DNA of 64,000 bases, taken from contig CAVRJM010000001.1 of assembly GCA_963722075.1 (NCBI GenBank), positions 480,001-544,000 on the forward strand, written 5' to 3'. The stretch is from Candidatus Babeliales bacterium (GTDB lineage: Bacteria > Babelota > Babeliae > Babelales > JANWKD01). Below the pieces are notes generated by a model. That model was not told the DNA's origin. It was given only the letters and a program-made list of their open reading frames with translations, and made no database searches. This document shows, piece after piece, positions 20,774 through 29,813 of the stretch. Each line of letters begins with the position of its first letter. The stretch's first letter is position 1. Position numbers and translations under genes: made by a program.

Positions 20774-21563
20774 ATGGTTACTAAAAGAAGATTGGATCAA
20801 GTAATTCTTGAACGATACCCACAATTCTCGAGAAATTACATACAAAGCCTTATAATGCAAGAAAAGGTAACGGTGAATGATAAAACCATTACCAAACCGG
20901 GAATCTTAATCAAAGAAGATGCGGTTATTACACTTGATACCCATGAACCTAAATATGTTTCTCGTGCAGGTTTTAAATTAGAAAAAGCATTAGAACATTT
21001 TAAGATCGATGTACATAATAAAATTGTTCTTGATGCAGGGCTTTCTACTGGCGGGTTTACCGATTGCTTATTACAATCTGGCGCCGCTAAAATCTATGGC
21101 ATTGACGTTGGCTATGGGCAAGTGCATGAAAAGATTAGAAATGATCCGCGCGTAATTGTAATGGAACGCACTAATTTGCGCCATTTGGAATCCCTGCCAG
21201 AAAAGGTAGATGTGGTTACCTTAGATCTTTCTTTTATTTCCGTACTTAAGGTAATCCCTGCCATTAGTAACGTTTTAAAAGAACATGGACAACTGGTTAT
21301 TCTTATTAAGCCACAATTTGAAGCAGCTAAGGGAGAAGTATCTAAAGGGGGCATTATTAAAGGACCCTGCTATTCATGAAAAGGTGGTGAATCATGTTAT
21401 AAAAGGGGTCACTGAATATGGGTTTAATTTTCAAGGAGTTATCGAATCCCCCATTCTGGGCACAGAGGGAAATAAGGAGTTTTTAGCCTATTTTAGGTAT
21501 AATTATTATTTTTTTATTGACAAATTGGATATAATTGATATATTAAGAACACCACTTATTTAA
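20774..21563 (+). pseudogene. tlyA: TlyA rRNA 2'-O-methyltransferase, frameshifted near 21360
   Basis: S4 domain, YVSRAGFKL, LDAGLSTGGFTD and LIKPQFE. The C-terminus (DPAIHEKV..ESPILGTEGNKEFL) continues in the +1 frame after attaaaggac. Confidence 0.88.
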
Positions 21564-21575
21564 AGGAGTATTTAT

Positions 21576-22624
21576 ATGAAAAATCTAATTTCTAGATTAT
21601 TTTTAGTTTCATCATTTGCCAATTTTATCGGCATCAGCAATGGAAGCACCTACGCAGGAACGTCAAACCATACACCACAATATCAAACTTATCAAGGGCA
21701 AGTTATCGACGCCCGTACTATTGGCTCTTTGGCCTTAGCACATCAAGCACCTGAGCATGATGCATTGGTCATAAAAAAATGGCGCGATGAGAATAAGGCT
21801 TTGCTCGTAGGATTAACTGATTTTACTTACAAAAATTCAGATTATAGAGCAGTATTTAATACTAATAAAATTTGATTTAAAAGAGCGTGGTATTGAAAGT
21901 AAATGCCCCTGGAGTTATATTTTTGAATTACCAACTGATGATAACTATTATGTACAAATAGCAGGCCCGGTACTCAGAGTTGGTAATATACGAGAACGCG
22001 CTCAAAATTTTAATGAAAAAAATATGGCAACTGAAAAACTTGATGCAACTGAAAAAACCCCAACATTTCAAACAGTAAGTAGATTTGCTAATTATTTACG
22101 GTATTTAGATCTTAACCAAAAATATAATTTTACTAGTTTCACTATCCCTGCAATTTATTTAGTTCCATTAGCGGAAAACCAAGATAAAACTCAATATTCA
22201 GATAACAACTGTTTTGTAGTACAGCAAACGTTTCCTGCAACTGCAGTAGCCATACATGAACATAAAGATCGTATGCAAGATGTTGATGGGAAATCATTTA
22301 AGGAACTATTGATGGCAATTGATCAAATACCCCTCTGGGATATTTGAAAACTTATACATTGACGAAAATGATAATCTTTTTGTATCAAATATTGAACAAG
22401 GTTGCAATGCAAATCCTGATTATTTTCTCAATAAAAGTGCTCATATGTACAACCATTTAATTTTATGCGGATTTGAAGGACTTTATGGTCTTTGTTCTGA
22501 AAATAAAGAACTACAACATCAAGTTCAACAATATATCGCAGATAAGGTTACTTTAGCAGAATCTTCTCACAATATTGAAGATCAGCAAAAAAGACTTAAA
22601 GAGGTAGTTGGATTAAATCAATAA
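21576..22624 (+). pseudogene. Secreted hypothetical protein split by two +1 frameshifts
   Basis: AAGGAG RBS and signal peptide. The frame of 22024..22347 is open back past 21871 (FDLKERGIESKCPWSYIFEL..), and a third piece is 22319..22624. Confidence 0.65.
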
Positions 22625-22652
22625 TTAATAATCGTTCACTTTTTGTAACATT

Positions 22653-22691
22653 AAAAGGCACTCTTACATTATAAAAGAGTGCCTTTTTTTT
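22653..22691 (+). terminator. Rho-independent terminator
   Basis: aaaaggcactctt-loop-aagagtgccttttttt. Confidence 0.75.
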
Positions 22692-22701
22692 GCAGATTTT
22701 T

Positions 22702-22730
22702 TTGGTATTTTTTGTGATAAAAAGTATACT
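22702..22730 (+). promoter_or_regulatory. Promoter of tRNA-Arg
   Basis: TTGGTA-17 nt-TATACT ending 15 nt before the tRNA. Confidence 0.5.
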
Positions 22731-22745
22731 AAATAACACAAAAAT

Positions 22746-22818
<73 letters not shown>

Positions 22819-22821
<3 letters not shown>

Positions 22822-22852
22822 GTCATTTCTGAAGGAAATGCCTGGCAGGCCA
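22819..22852 (+). repeat. tRNA-abutting hairpin repeat, copy 1
   Basis: ccagtcatttc-tgaag-gaaatgcctgg-caggcca, with a near-identical copy at 23067-23100. Confidence 0.8.
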
Positions 22853-22992
22853 GTTTCTTAAATGATTTATAATAAAATGAACATAGATTGCCTTCATGCT
22901 GATAAACTAGCAAGGGGGGTGGTAATGTATCCGCCGAAGTTTTTAACGAAGGCTGTATCCATTAATACTATAAATCCATTGTATATATTTAA

Positions 22993-23069
22993 GCGCCCGT
23001 AGCTCAGGTGGATAGAGCGATAGATTCCTAATCTGTAGGCCACAGGTTCAAATCCTGTCGGGCGCACCA
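22993..23069 (+). tRNA. tRNA-Arg (CCT)
   Basis: gcgcccg acceptor stem, anticodon loop ttcctaa, GGTTCAAATCC and encoded CCA. Confidence 0.95.
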
Positions 23070-23100
23070 GGCATTTCTGAAGGAAATGACTGGCAGGCCA
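23067..23100 (+). repeat. tRNA-abutting hairpin repeat, copy 2
   Basis: ccaggcatttc-tgaag-gaaatgactgg-caggcca. Confidence 0.8.
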
Positions 23101-23247
23101 CAAACTTATTAATAAACAGTCCTTCATGCAACCTGTCCGTCGTATCTCAGTTATACTTCAACGTTACTCCATCGCAAGCGAAGTCGGAAGGAGGATTGAA
23201 GATAATTTTATTTCTGTTATACTTAAGAATAATGGAGGAAAATTACA

Positions 23248-24228
23248 ATGAGAAATATTATTAAGCTATCTATATTTATATTACTTTTTTCGGGCATTAT
23301 AACTGGATCAGCAGCCAGCAATCCTTTAGGATTTAATCCCCGTCAATTCTTCAATAATGTTATAAATCCCCAACCAATACCTACCCCCACTCTTTCAACC
23401 AATACTTTTTCATTTTCTAATATTACTAAAGGGATAATCGGAGGAACCATAGCATTATATGGCTTATATGCCCTTAAGCACTATTATAATTTACATAAGA
23501 TCGATAATTGGCTTACCAATTCATCTCCGATAGTAAAAAATAATAACGATTTCCGTTTTTCAGGCTGGCTACAAGATACATATAAGGATGCTTCTTCACT
23601 TTATTTCTATGCGCCTAAGGTCAAAGAAGCATTAGGAAAACAACTCAGCAGTAAAGAATTTCAATTCAAAAAGATCGAAGATGTTAAAAATCAAATTAAC
23701 AAAGAAATAAGAGCTGTTGAAAATGATTTAGAATATCTAACAAATTTAACGAATTTTCCCCATTTATTATTGGTAGCGGCAAATAATAAACTGGGCTTTT
23801 TTGATGTTGATAATGATTGCTTATCTAATAAAATTCTTGTTCATTGTAATCAAAGCACACAATATTTTGAACCATTACAATACTTTGAATCATTAATCGA
23901 TAATGTAAAAACCTATCTTGAAGAAAATATGGGAATTATCGATAGAATACTGTATAGGCCTATAAACATTGAAAATAATAACAATAATGTTTATAGTACA
24001 CAGTCACAAGAGGCTACAGCAGCTCGTCCAAAAGAAAAAGAGAAAGAGTACGAAAATAAAGAACATCCTGATTATACGTTTATAAAAAATATTAAGTATA
24101 CCTATACTTCTTCTTTCTGGCCGTTGATATCAACCAAATATGCTACACAAATGTATTATAAAACATTGCGCCGCTATCTACGATTGCTTGTTTTAAAAGA
24201 TATTGTAAGTAATTTTGGAGAAAAATAA
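23248..24228 (+). CDS. Secreted/membrane hypothetical protein
   Basis: GGAGGA RBS, signal peptide and one TM segment. Confidence 0.75.
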   Translation: MRNIIKLSIFILLFSGIITGSAASNPLGFNPRQFFNNVINPQPIPTPTLSTNTFSFSNITKGIIGGTIALYGLYALKHYYNLHKIDNWLTNSSPIVKNNNDFRFSGWLQDTYKDASSLYFYAPKVKEALGKQLSSKEFQFKKIEDVKNQINKEIRAVENDLEYLTNLTNFPHLLLVAANNKLGFFDVDNDCLSNKILVHCNQSTQYFEPLQYFESLIDNVKTYLEENMGIIDRILYRPINIENNNNNVYSTQSQEATAARPKEKEKEYENKEHPDYTFIKNIKYTYTSSFWPLISTKYATQMYYKTLRRYLRLLVLKDIVSNFGEK

Positions 24229-24599
24229 TGATTAGAAATATTAAATTGGCACATAAATTTATAGTACTAATAAGTTGTTTATCAATGCTCGCACCGTTAC
24301 AAGCAAATAGAACTGATACTATTATTAGAGCAGGTTTAGGATTAGGCGCTGTTTTTTTTACCGCTTCTGCAATCGCATTATTTCGTTATGGCAATGCATT
24401 GGAGCAGCCTATAAATGATATTTATTATCAAGCTTCGAGTAACTCCCATAACGCAACCAATGCATTTATGGGCCAAGAACAAAATGCTGGCCGTCCAATG
24501 GATTGGACACTTATATCTCCTATGGTGGGAACAATTTATTCAGAAAGTGAGAAGAAAAATGCTAAAATTTTCTATAAAAAAAGGCTGTGTAATTTGTGA
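24228..24599 (+). CDS. Membrane hypothetical protein, possibly truncated (hydrophobic frame continues to 24680)
   Basis: TAATG overlap with the upstream gene. After the TGA the same frame reads LIGAIAGAAVCSCLTLVELTDLCKNY*. Confidence 0.6.
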   Translation: MIRNIKLAHKFIVLISCLSMLAPLQANRTDTIIRAGLGLGAVFFTASAIALFRYGNALEQPINDIYYQASSNSHNATNAFMGQEQNAGRPMDWTLISPMVGTIYSESEKKNAKIFYKKRLCNL

Positions 24600-24791
24600 C
24601 TTATAGGAGCAATTGCAGGCGCAGCAGTTTGTAGCTGTTTAACCCTTGTAGAATTAACTGATCTTTGCAAAAATTACTAAAACTATCAATATGCCATAGA
24701 TATAAACTATGGGTATAGCCCAATTACTTGCCTAACCAACCCTAAAAAACGTACACTAATAAAGGATTTATATAACATATGAGGTGGTTTT

Positions 24792-25559
24792 ATGGGATTT
24801 ACGTTAAAAGCTGTTGCTCAATTAAAGAAACGAAAATACAAATATAAAAAATCACTTTTTATAATCCCCTACTTTTTTACTTTTGCTAATGCCCTTTTTG
24901 GCTTTCTTTCAGTAATTGCCGCCCTAAAAGGAAATTTTATCCTAGCTGCTTCGTATATAGGGCTGGCTGCCTGCATGGATTGTTTTGATGGCAGATTAGC
25001 GCGCGCATTGGGATCATGCAGTTACTTGGGAGCAGAACTTGACGGCTTGTGTGATGCCATATCATTTTGCTGCGCACCGCCTATTTTACTGTATTGTTTT
25101 TATCAAGATATTTTTGGCGTTATTGGCGTTGCTATTTTAGGAATGTATTTATGTGCAGGTTTGTTTCGACTTGCTAAATTTAATACTACTCCTGCCGCAT
25201 ATTATGGTTATTTTTCAGGGTTATCTACCCCCGTTTCAGCATTCTTTTTGGCATCGCTTATTGTATATTATGATTGGATGAAAATTCATTATATGAATTG
25301 GCTGTTGCACCCAACCAGTATGTGTATTGTTGTGCTTATTTTATCATTGTTGATGATTTCAACTATTCCGTTTCCCTCATTTAAGAACTATAAAATTGAT
25401 CCCTATGTAGCACCTTTTTATCTGGTGTTATTCGGGTTAATAATAACTATTTGCTGGAAACTGCATATGCCCACCATATTTCTCATATTATTAGGATATA
25501 TACTCATTTCCTTATTGCATTGGGCCTACTCTCAGGGCAAACAGTACTTTCACTTTTAA
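24792..25559 (+). CDS. pssA: CDP-diacylglycerol--serine O-phosphatidyltransferase
   Basis: DCFDGRLAR...GAELDGLCDAISF CDP-alcohol motif, RLAKFN and FSGLSTP. Confidence 0.92.
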   Translation: MGFTLKAVAQLKKRKYKYKKSLFIIPYFFTFANALFGFLSVIAALKGNFILAASYIGLAACMDCFDGRLARALGSCSYLGAELDGLCDAISFCCAPPILLYCFYQDIFGVIGVAILGMYLCAGLFRLAKFNTTPAAYYGYFSGLSTPVSAFFLASLIVYYDWMKIHYMNWLLHPTSMCIVVLILSLLMISTIPFPSFKNYKIDPYVAPFYLVLFGLIITICWKLHMPTIFLILLGYILISLLHWAYSQGKQYFHF

Positions 25560-26777
25560 TTATTTCTGCCATAAACTGCTTAATTTTAATATTTTAAATT
25601 CATCGATAATCTGAATAGATTTTCCTTTACTATCAAGCCGCTCTAATTGTTTTTTTTGATGAAATATATCCTTTAATTGGCTATATGAATTGATTCCTTT
25701 AAACACTTCCGCTAAAGATACTTCGTGTACTTTACCAAAACCTGCATTGTACGCACGTGCTTCAATAAGCTTATTATTCACTATATCTGAGACAATCATT
25801 ACATGCCCTGGTATCCATAAAACATCACCCTCAGCAATTGAATCGTTATTATTAAGGGCCTGAAGATTTTTTTTAATAGTAGTAGAATTTTTAAAGAAAT
25901 AGGGCAGTCCAGCAATTTGCGCTGCTCGCACCATAAGACCAGTACAATCAAACCCTGTTTTTGGAGACTCTTTTAACTCAGGTCGCCTATAAAACAATTT
26001 TTTTTGCAGATCATTTGAATGCTGTAAGGTGAAAGTATTATTTTTACAGGTAGTCGTAAAACTACATCCTCCCCATACATAGGGAATTATACCCGTCGTA
26101 TGGGCCCATCGTTTTAATAATGCTACATACGTTTCAATTTTTTTATTATTAGTTATCCTTTTACTTTCATCAAGACATAGATGGCGTGGGATGCAAACGC
26201 TCGCCAGTGCATTCGTTTTGTTATTAAATACATATGCGCAATAATTGGTACGGTTATTTTTATTCTTAGCAAGCGCAAAACGCGTTCCAACTGAAAAATA
26301 TTGCTTTGTTACATCATCATAAAAAGGCTCTATGAGAACTACCGTTGGTTTACTTGCTTGTTTTTGAGGATAATTATAATCGATGTAGTCAGGAAACTGC
26401 TCTACCTTCATTCCCAAAGATTCTAATGCGCTGATCGTAATAAAATTTTTTTTAAGCGCCCAGTAGGTATCGTTCTTTTCATCATTTTTTTCCGATTCAA
26501 AGTAAACTGAGGCGATTTGAATCAATACTTCGTCTCCCTTTTGCTCTAAAATAGTAACTCGTTCATTAAAAAGAAGCTGATGAACGCGCAAACAATCTGC
26601 TATATTTTTGCTAAATAACGGTAAATTATTATAAAGCTGCGCAACAGATTCTGTTGAATATTTTTTGGCTAATGCATCCCCTACCAGATCCACGACGGGT
26701 ACAATACAATATGCAGCTTCTTTAGCAATTACCGATGTTAAAGAAAATGCCATTATTAGAGCAATAATAAATTTCAT
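25560..26777 (-). CDS. NlpC/P60 (C40) family secreted peptidase
   Basis: PYVWGG, GFDCTGL and GDVLWIPGHVMI, with a signal peptide. Confidence 0.88.
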   Translation of the reverse strand: MKFIIALIMAFSLTSVIAKEAAYCIVPVVDLVGDALAKKYSTESVAQLYNNLPLFSKNIADCLRVHQLLFNERVTILEQKGDEVLIQIASVYFESEKNDEKNDTYWALKKNFITISALESLGMKVEQFPDYIDYNYPQKQASKPTVVLIEPFYDDVTKQYFSVGTRFALAKNKNNRTNYCAYVFNNKTNALASVCIPRHLCLDESKRITNNKKIETYVALLKRWAHTTGIIPYVWGGCSFTTTCKNNTFTLQHSNDLQKKLFYRRPELKESPKTGFDCTGLMVRAAQIAGLPYFFKNSTTIKKNLQALNNNDSIAEGDVLWIPGHVMIVSDIVNNKLIEARAYNAGFGKVHEVSLAEVFKGINSYSQLKDIFHQKKQLERLDSKGKSIQIIDEFKILKLSSLWQK

Positions 26778-27030
26778 AATTTAACTCCTTGGCAATTAAA
26801 ATATTGCAATATAATTTATTATTGACTATTGGAAAGTATTTTTTCAAGAAATTTGAAATGATTTTCTTTTTGGCAATCATATACGGCAAAAAATAGGGCT
26901 TATTTTATAGCATCTATTAATTATTGATTATTAGAAATAAAAATATATATACTTAAGAACGAAATTTGTGCTCTTGCTAGACAGGATTATACTAGTTTTA
27001 CTTTGCTAGTAATAATTTTAAAAAAAGTGA

Positions 27031-28056
27031 ATGCATATGGCTATGATAAAAAAATGTTCTTTTTTTATGCTCTTCTTTTTAATGAATACCACATCTGCTC
27101 AACAATGGGCATGGCTGTACACTAAAAAATTTTCGTCAATTGAAACGCGTAATAATCAAAAAAGAAACCATCTTCTGCTTGCAAAAGAAGATACCCCCTT
27201 TTTTTCGCAAATGATTTTTTCTTGGAATAGCGTTAAACCAGCACAGGGTCATTTTACCTTTTACGCCCAAGTACGTGATGCTAAAACACGTGAGTGGCAT
27301 ATCTGGCACAAGATGATTGAATGGGGCAACAACATTCAAAAATCGTATTTACATAAAGGGCCGGTTACCCAATACTCCCATGTGCGGTTAGAAGTGCCAA
27401 AAGATGTGCTTGCTGATGGCGTACGTATTAAAATTGTTCCCAATAATCAAGCTGATTTATCAGCAATGAAATCACTTTCAGTAACGCTCGCAAATTTTAA
27501 TACCTTTAATCAGCAGAGTCAGCACTATTATAACCACCCCTCATTGTTTATTAATAATATTCCGCAACGATCGCAAATGATCTTAGAACACCCAAGAGCC
27601 GAGCATATGTGCTCACCAACATCGTTATCTATGCTTATTAGTTATTTAAAAAAATACCATATAAATCCGTTGGAATTTGCCTTAAATGTATATGATGAAG
27701 GGCTTGATTCATTCGGCAGCTGGCCATTTAATATAGCACAAGCATATCAAGCCTGTGAGGGGAAATTATTATTTTATGTAACGCGCCTTAATTCCTTTGA
27801 TGATTTATATACTAAATTGAAGCAATCGATTCCCGTTGTTGTCAGTGTACGCGGTCCCTTAGAAGGGGCGCCACGGGAATTTAAAAATGGACATCTTATA
27901 TTAGTTATTGGTTGGGATAAAGAAAAACAACGAATAATGTGCCATGATCCTGCTTTTGATGCTAATCAACTGGTACTTACTTCATATGATATAAATTCTT
28001 TTTGCAAGGCCTGGGCGCGGTCACACCATTTAGCATATATTGCCGAACCAAGGTGA
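27031..28056 (+). CDS. C39-like cysteine peptidase, secreted
   Basis: SQM...MCSPTSLSM, GSWPFN, GHLILVIG and HDPA. Confidence 0.85.
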   Translation: MHMAMIKKCSFFMLFFLMNTTSAQQWAWLYTKKFSSIETRNNQKRNHLLLAKEDTPFFSQMIFSWNSVKPAQGHFTFYAQVRDAKTREWHIWHKMIEWGNNIQKSYLHKGPVTQYSHVRLEVPKDVLADGVRIKIVPNNQADLSAMKSLSVTLANFNTFNQQSQHYYNHPSLFINNIPQRSQMILEHPRAEHMCSPTSLSMLISYLKKYHINPLEFALNVYDEGLDSFGSWPFNIAQAYQACEGKLLFYVTRLNSFDDLYTKLKQSIPVVVSVRGPLEGAPREFKNGHLILVIGWDKEKQRIMCHDPAFDANQLVLTSYDINSFCKAWARSHHLAYIAEPR

Positions 28057-28107
28057 ATTATAGTACACAGGAATTAAATGAATACCTTAAAAACAGGAGA
28101 TATCTTT

Positions 28108-28509
28108 ATGAATAAAAAATACCTAGTAATCAGCACCTTCCTCTACTTTACTATTTTTACCTTTGCACCGATGGAATCTGCTACTATTTGCCGCCGCAAA
28201 CCAGTTGAAGATGAATACAATAACGCTATAAACCAATTACAAAAGCACCTTGAAGAAACATCGTTAACCGTTATGGATCGTAATAATCTCATTAACAAAT
28301 TAAAGGGATATTTCTGCCCAGATAGGCCCCACACTGATATTTTTTTAAAAAACCCAACTGCAGCGCAAATGTATAGCTCAATTATAAAATCATATAATCA
28401 ATTATTACAGGCGCAAAAAAGCAACGCTAAAAATAATGGGGTAGCTCGAAAATTTGCCGAACACGCCGTTGGTAAAATAATATTATTTTGTTCACCTCGT
28501 AAAAAATAA
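28108..28509 (+). CDS. Small secreted hypothetical protein
   Basis: Start refined to MNKKYL after AGGAGA; signal peptide present. Confidence 0.65.
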   Translation: MNKKYLVISTFLYFTIFTFAPMESATICRRKPVEDEYNNAINQLQKHLEETSLTVMDRNNLINKLKGYFCPDRPHTDIFLKNPTAAQMYSSIIKSYNQLLQAQKSNAKNNGVARKFAEHAVGKIILFCSPRKK

Positions 28510-28602
28510 AGAATTATTAAAAATATTGAATTAACCAAAATCAAGCTGTTATTATTATTAATAGTAAAATTATAACCAATTTTTTTTAAAGGAGTTGTTC
28601 AT

Positions 28603-29112
28603 ATGGAAAAGAAATTGTTAATGGTTTTTGCCGTTGCATTATGCATTTCATCAGCAGACGCTGCTACGGTATATATGCAAAGAAAAAATCCTAGTATGAA
28701 AATGCAAGCGCAGCCAAAAGGCGCGGCACCATCGAAGTCTCAAATGGTATTGGATAGCGTTGCAGACATTTACGATAATACCATTGAAGGTCTTTTTATG
28801 AAAATTCAAACGCTTGAAAAACAGGGTTTTCCTATAAGCACCGCTGATTTTAAGAAGTTAACTCTAGACCTCAAAAATCTAAGAGGCGCAAAAGCCCTTC
28901 TTGGAGTTGGTGGAAATTTAAGTCCGCATTCAAAACCAATATTTGATATAGTTTATAGCGCTGTACAACATATTAAAAAAATGCCTAAATTAGATCAACA
29001 AGCTATGGCAAAAGCAATCGAAGAATTAACTTACATTGCACAAGGGATCATTTCTGAACATTATGTTTCTACTAATGCAGAAGCAGGCCGAATCGCACTT
29101 AAAGGCAAATAA
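28603..29112 (+). CDS. Small secreted helical protein
   Basis: AAGGAG RBS and signal peptide ending ADA. Paralog of 29200..29547. Confidence 0.75.
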   Translation: MEKKLLMVFAVALCISSADAATVYMQRKNPSMKMQAQPKGAAPSKSQMVLDSVADIYDNTIEGLFMKIQTLEKQGFPISTADFKKLTLDLKNLRGAKALLGVGGNLSPHSKPIFDIVYSAVQHIKKMPKLDQQAMAKAIEELTYIAQGIISEHYVSTNAEAGRIALKGK

Positions 29113-29122
29113 AATATTTAGT

Positions 29123-29166
29123 TAAATAGAAAAAGGAGCTTGTTAAAAAGCTCCTTTTTCTATTTA
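29123..29166. terminator. Strong inverted-repeat terminator
   Basis: taaatagaaaaaggagctt-gttaaa-aagctcctttttctattta. Confidence 0.8.
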
Positions 29167-29199
29167 AAATTCTAATAAAATTTCGAAAGAAAATAAGTC

Positions 29200-29547
29200 A
29201 TGAAAAAATTATTATTAGCCTTATGCGTATCATTTGGAATAGCATCGTTTATTTATGCAGATTCTATACAACGCGAACAAGCATTAATGCACGTAAAACA
29301 GATTTATGGTAGCACTTTACAATCTGCGCAAACGACCCCGATTACCAATAAACGTTCATTAATCAACGCTCTGAATGATTTGGCAAAAGGTTTGCCAACT
29401 AAAAGTTCCGAAAAGCTTTATACCATTGTTTATAATGCTTATAAACAAATTAAATATTATACGCCGGTTTTAAAACCTAATGAAGGCGATGCACGCGCTC
29501 AACAGCTTATTGATTCAGTAATTGGGGAAATTTCAGGTAGAGACTGA
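29200..29547 (+). CDS. Small secreted helical protein, paralog of 28603..29112
   Basis: Signal peptide. IYxxT and IVYxAxxxIK motifs are shared with the paralog. Confidence 0.75.
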   Translation: MKKLLLALCVSFGIASFIYADSIQREQALMHVKQIYGSTLQSAQTTPITNKRSLINALNDLAKGLPTKSSEKLYTIVYNAYKQIKYYTPVLKPNEGDARAQQLIDSVIGEISGRD

Positions 29548-29600
29548 TTAATTCTGTTAACTTTTCAAAATTCAATGTTTAGCTCAAAGCTAAAAAAAGC

Positions 29601-29791
29601 CTGGATCACCACGTTCGCTACGCTCCTCGTGACGACGGGAGGTGGGAAAAATCGTTGTTGATCGAAGCAATCCATTAATGCGGTATTTTCATTTTATTAA
29701 TGGATTCCCACCCCAGCCTATGCTAAAAGCTTCGGCGGGTCGGGATGACAATGGGCAAAAATATGTCATGGCGAGCTTGCGTGGCCATCCA
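29601..29791. repeat. Cluster of degenerate REP-like palindromes
   Basis: ctggatcaccacg..ctcgtgacgac, gaagcaatcca, tggattccc..gggatgac (with an inserted agcctatgctaaaagcttcggc), and gtcatggcgagcttgcgtggccatcca. Confidence 0.75.
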
Positions 29792-29813
29792 TGATTAAGT
29801 TAAATTCCTTTTT

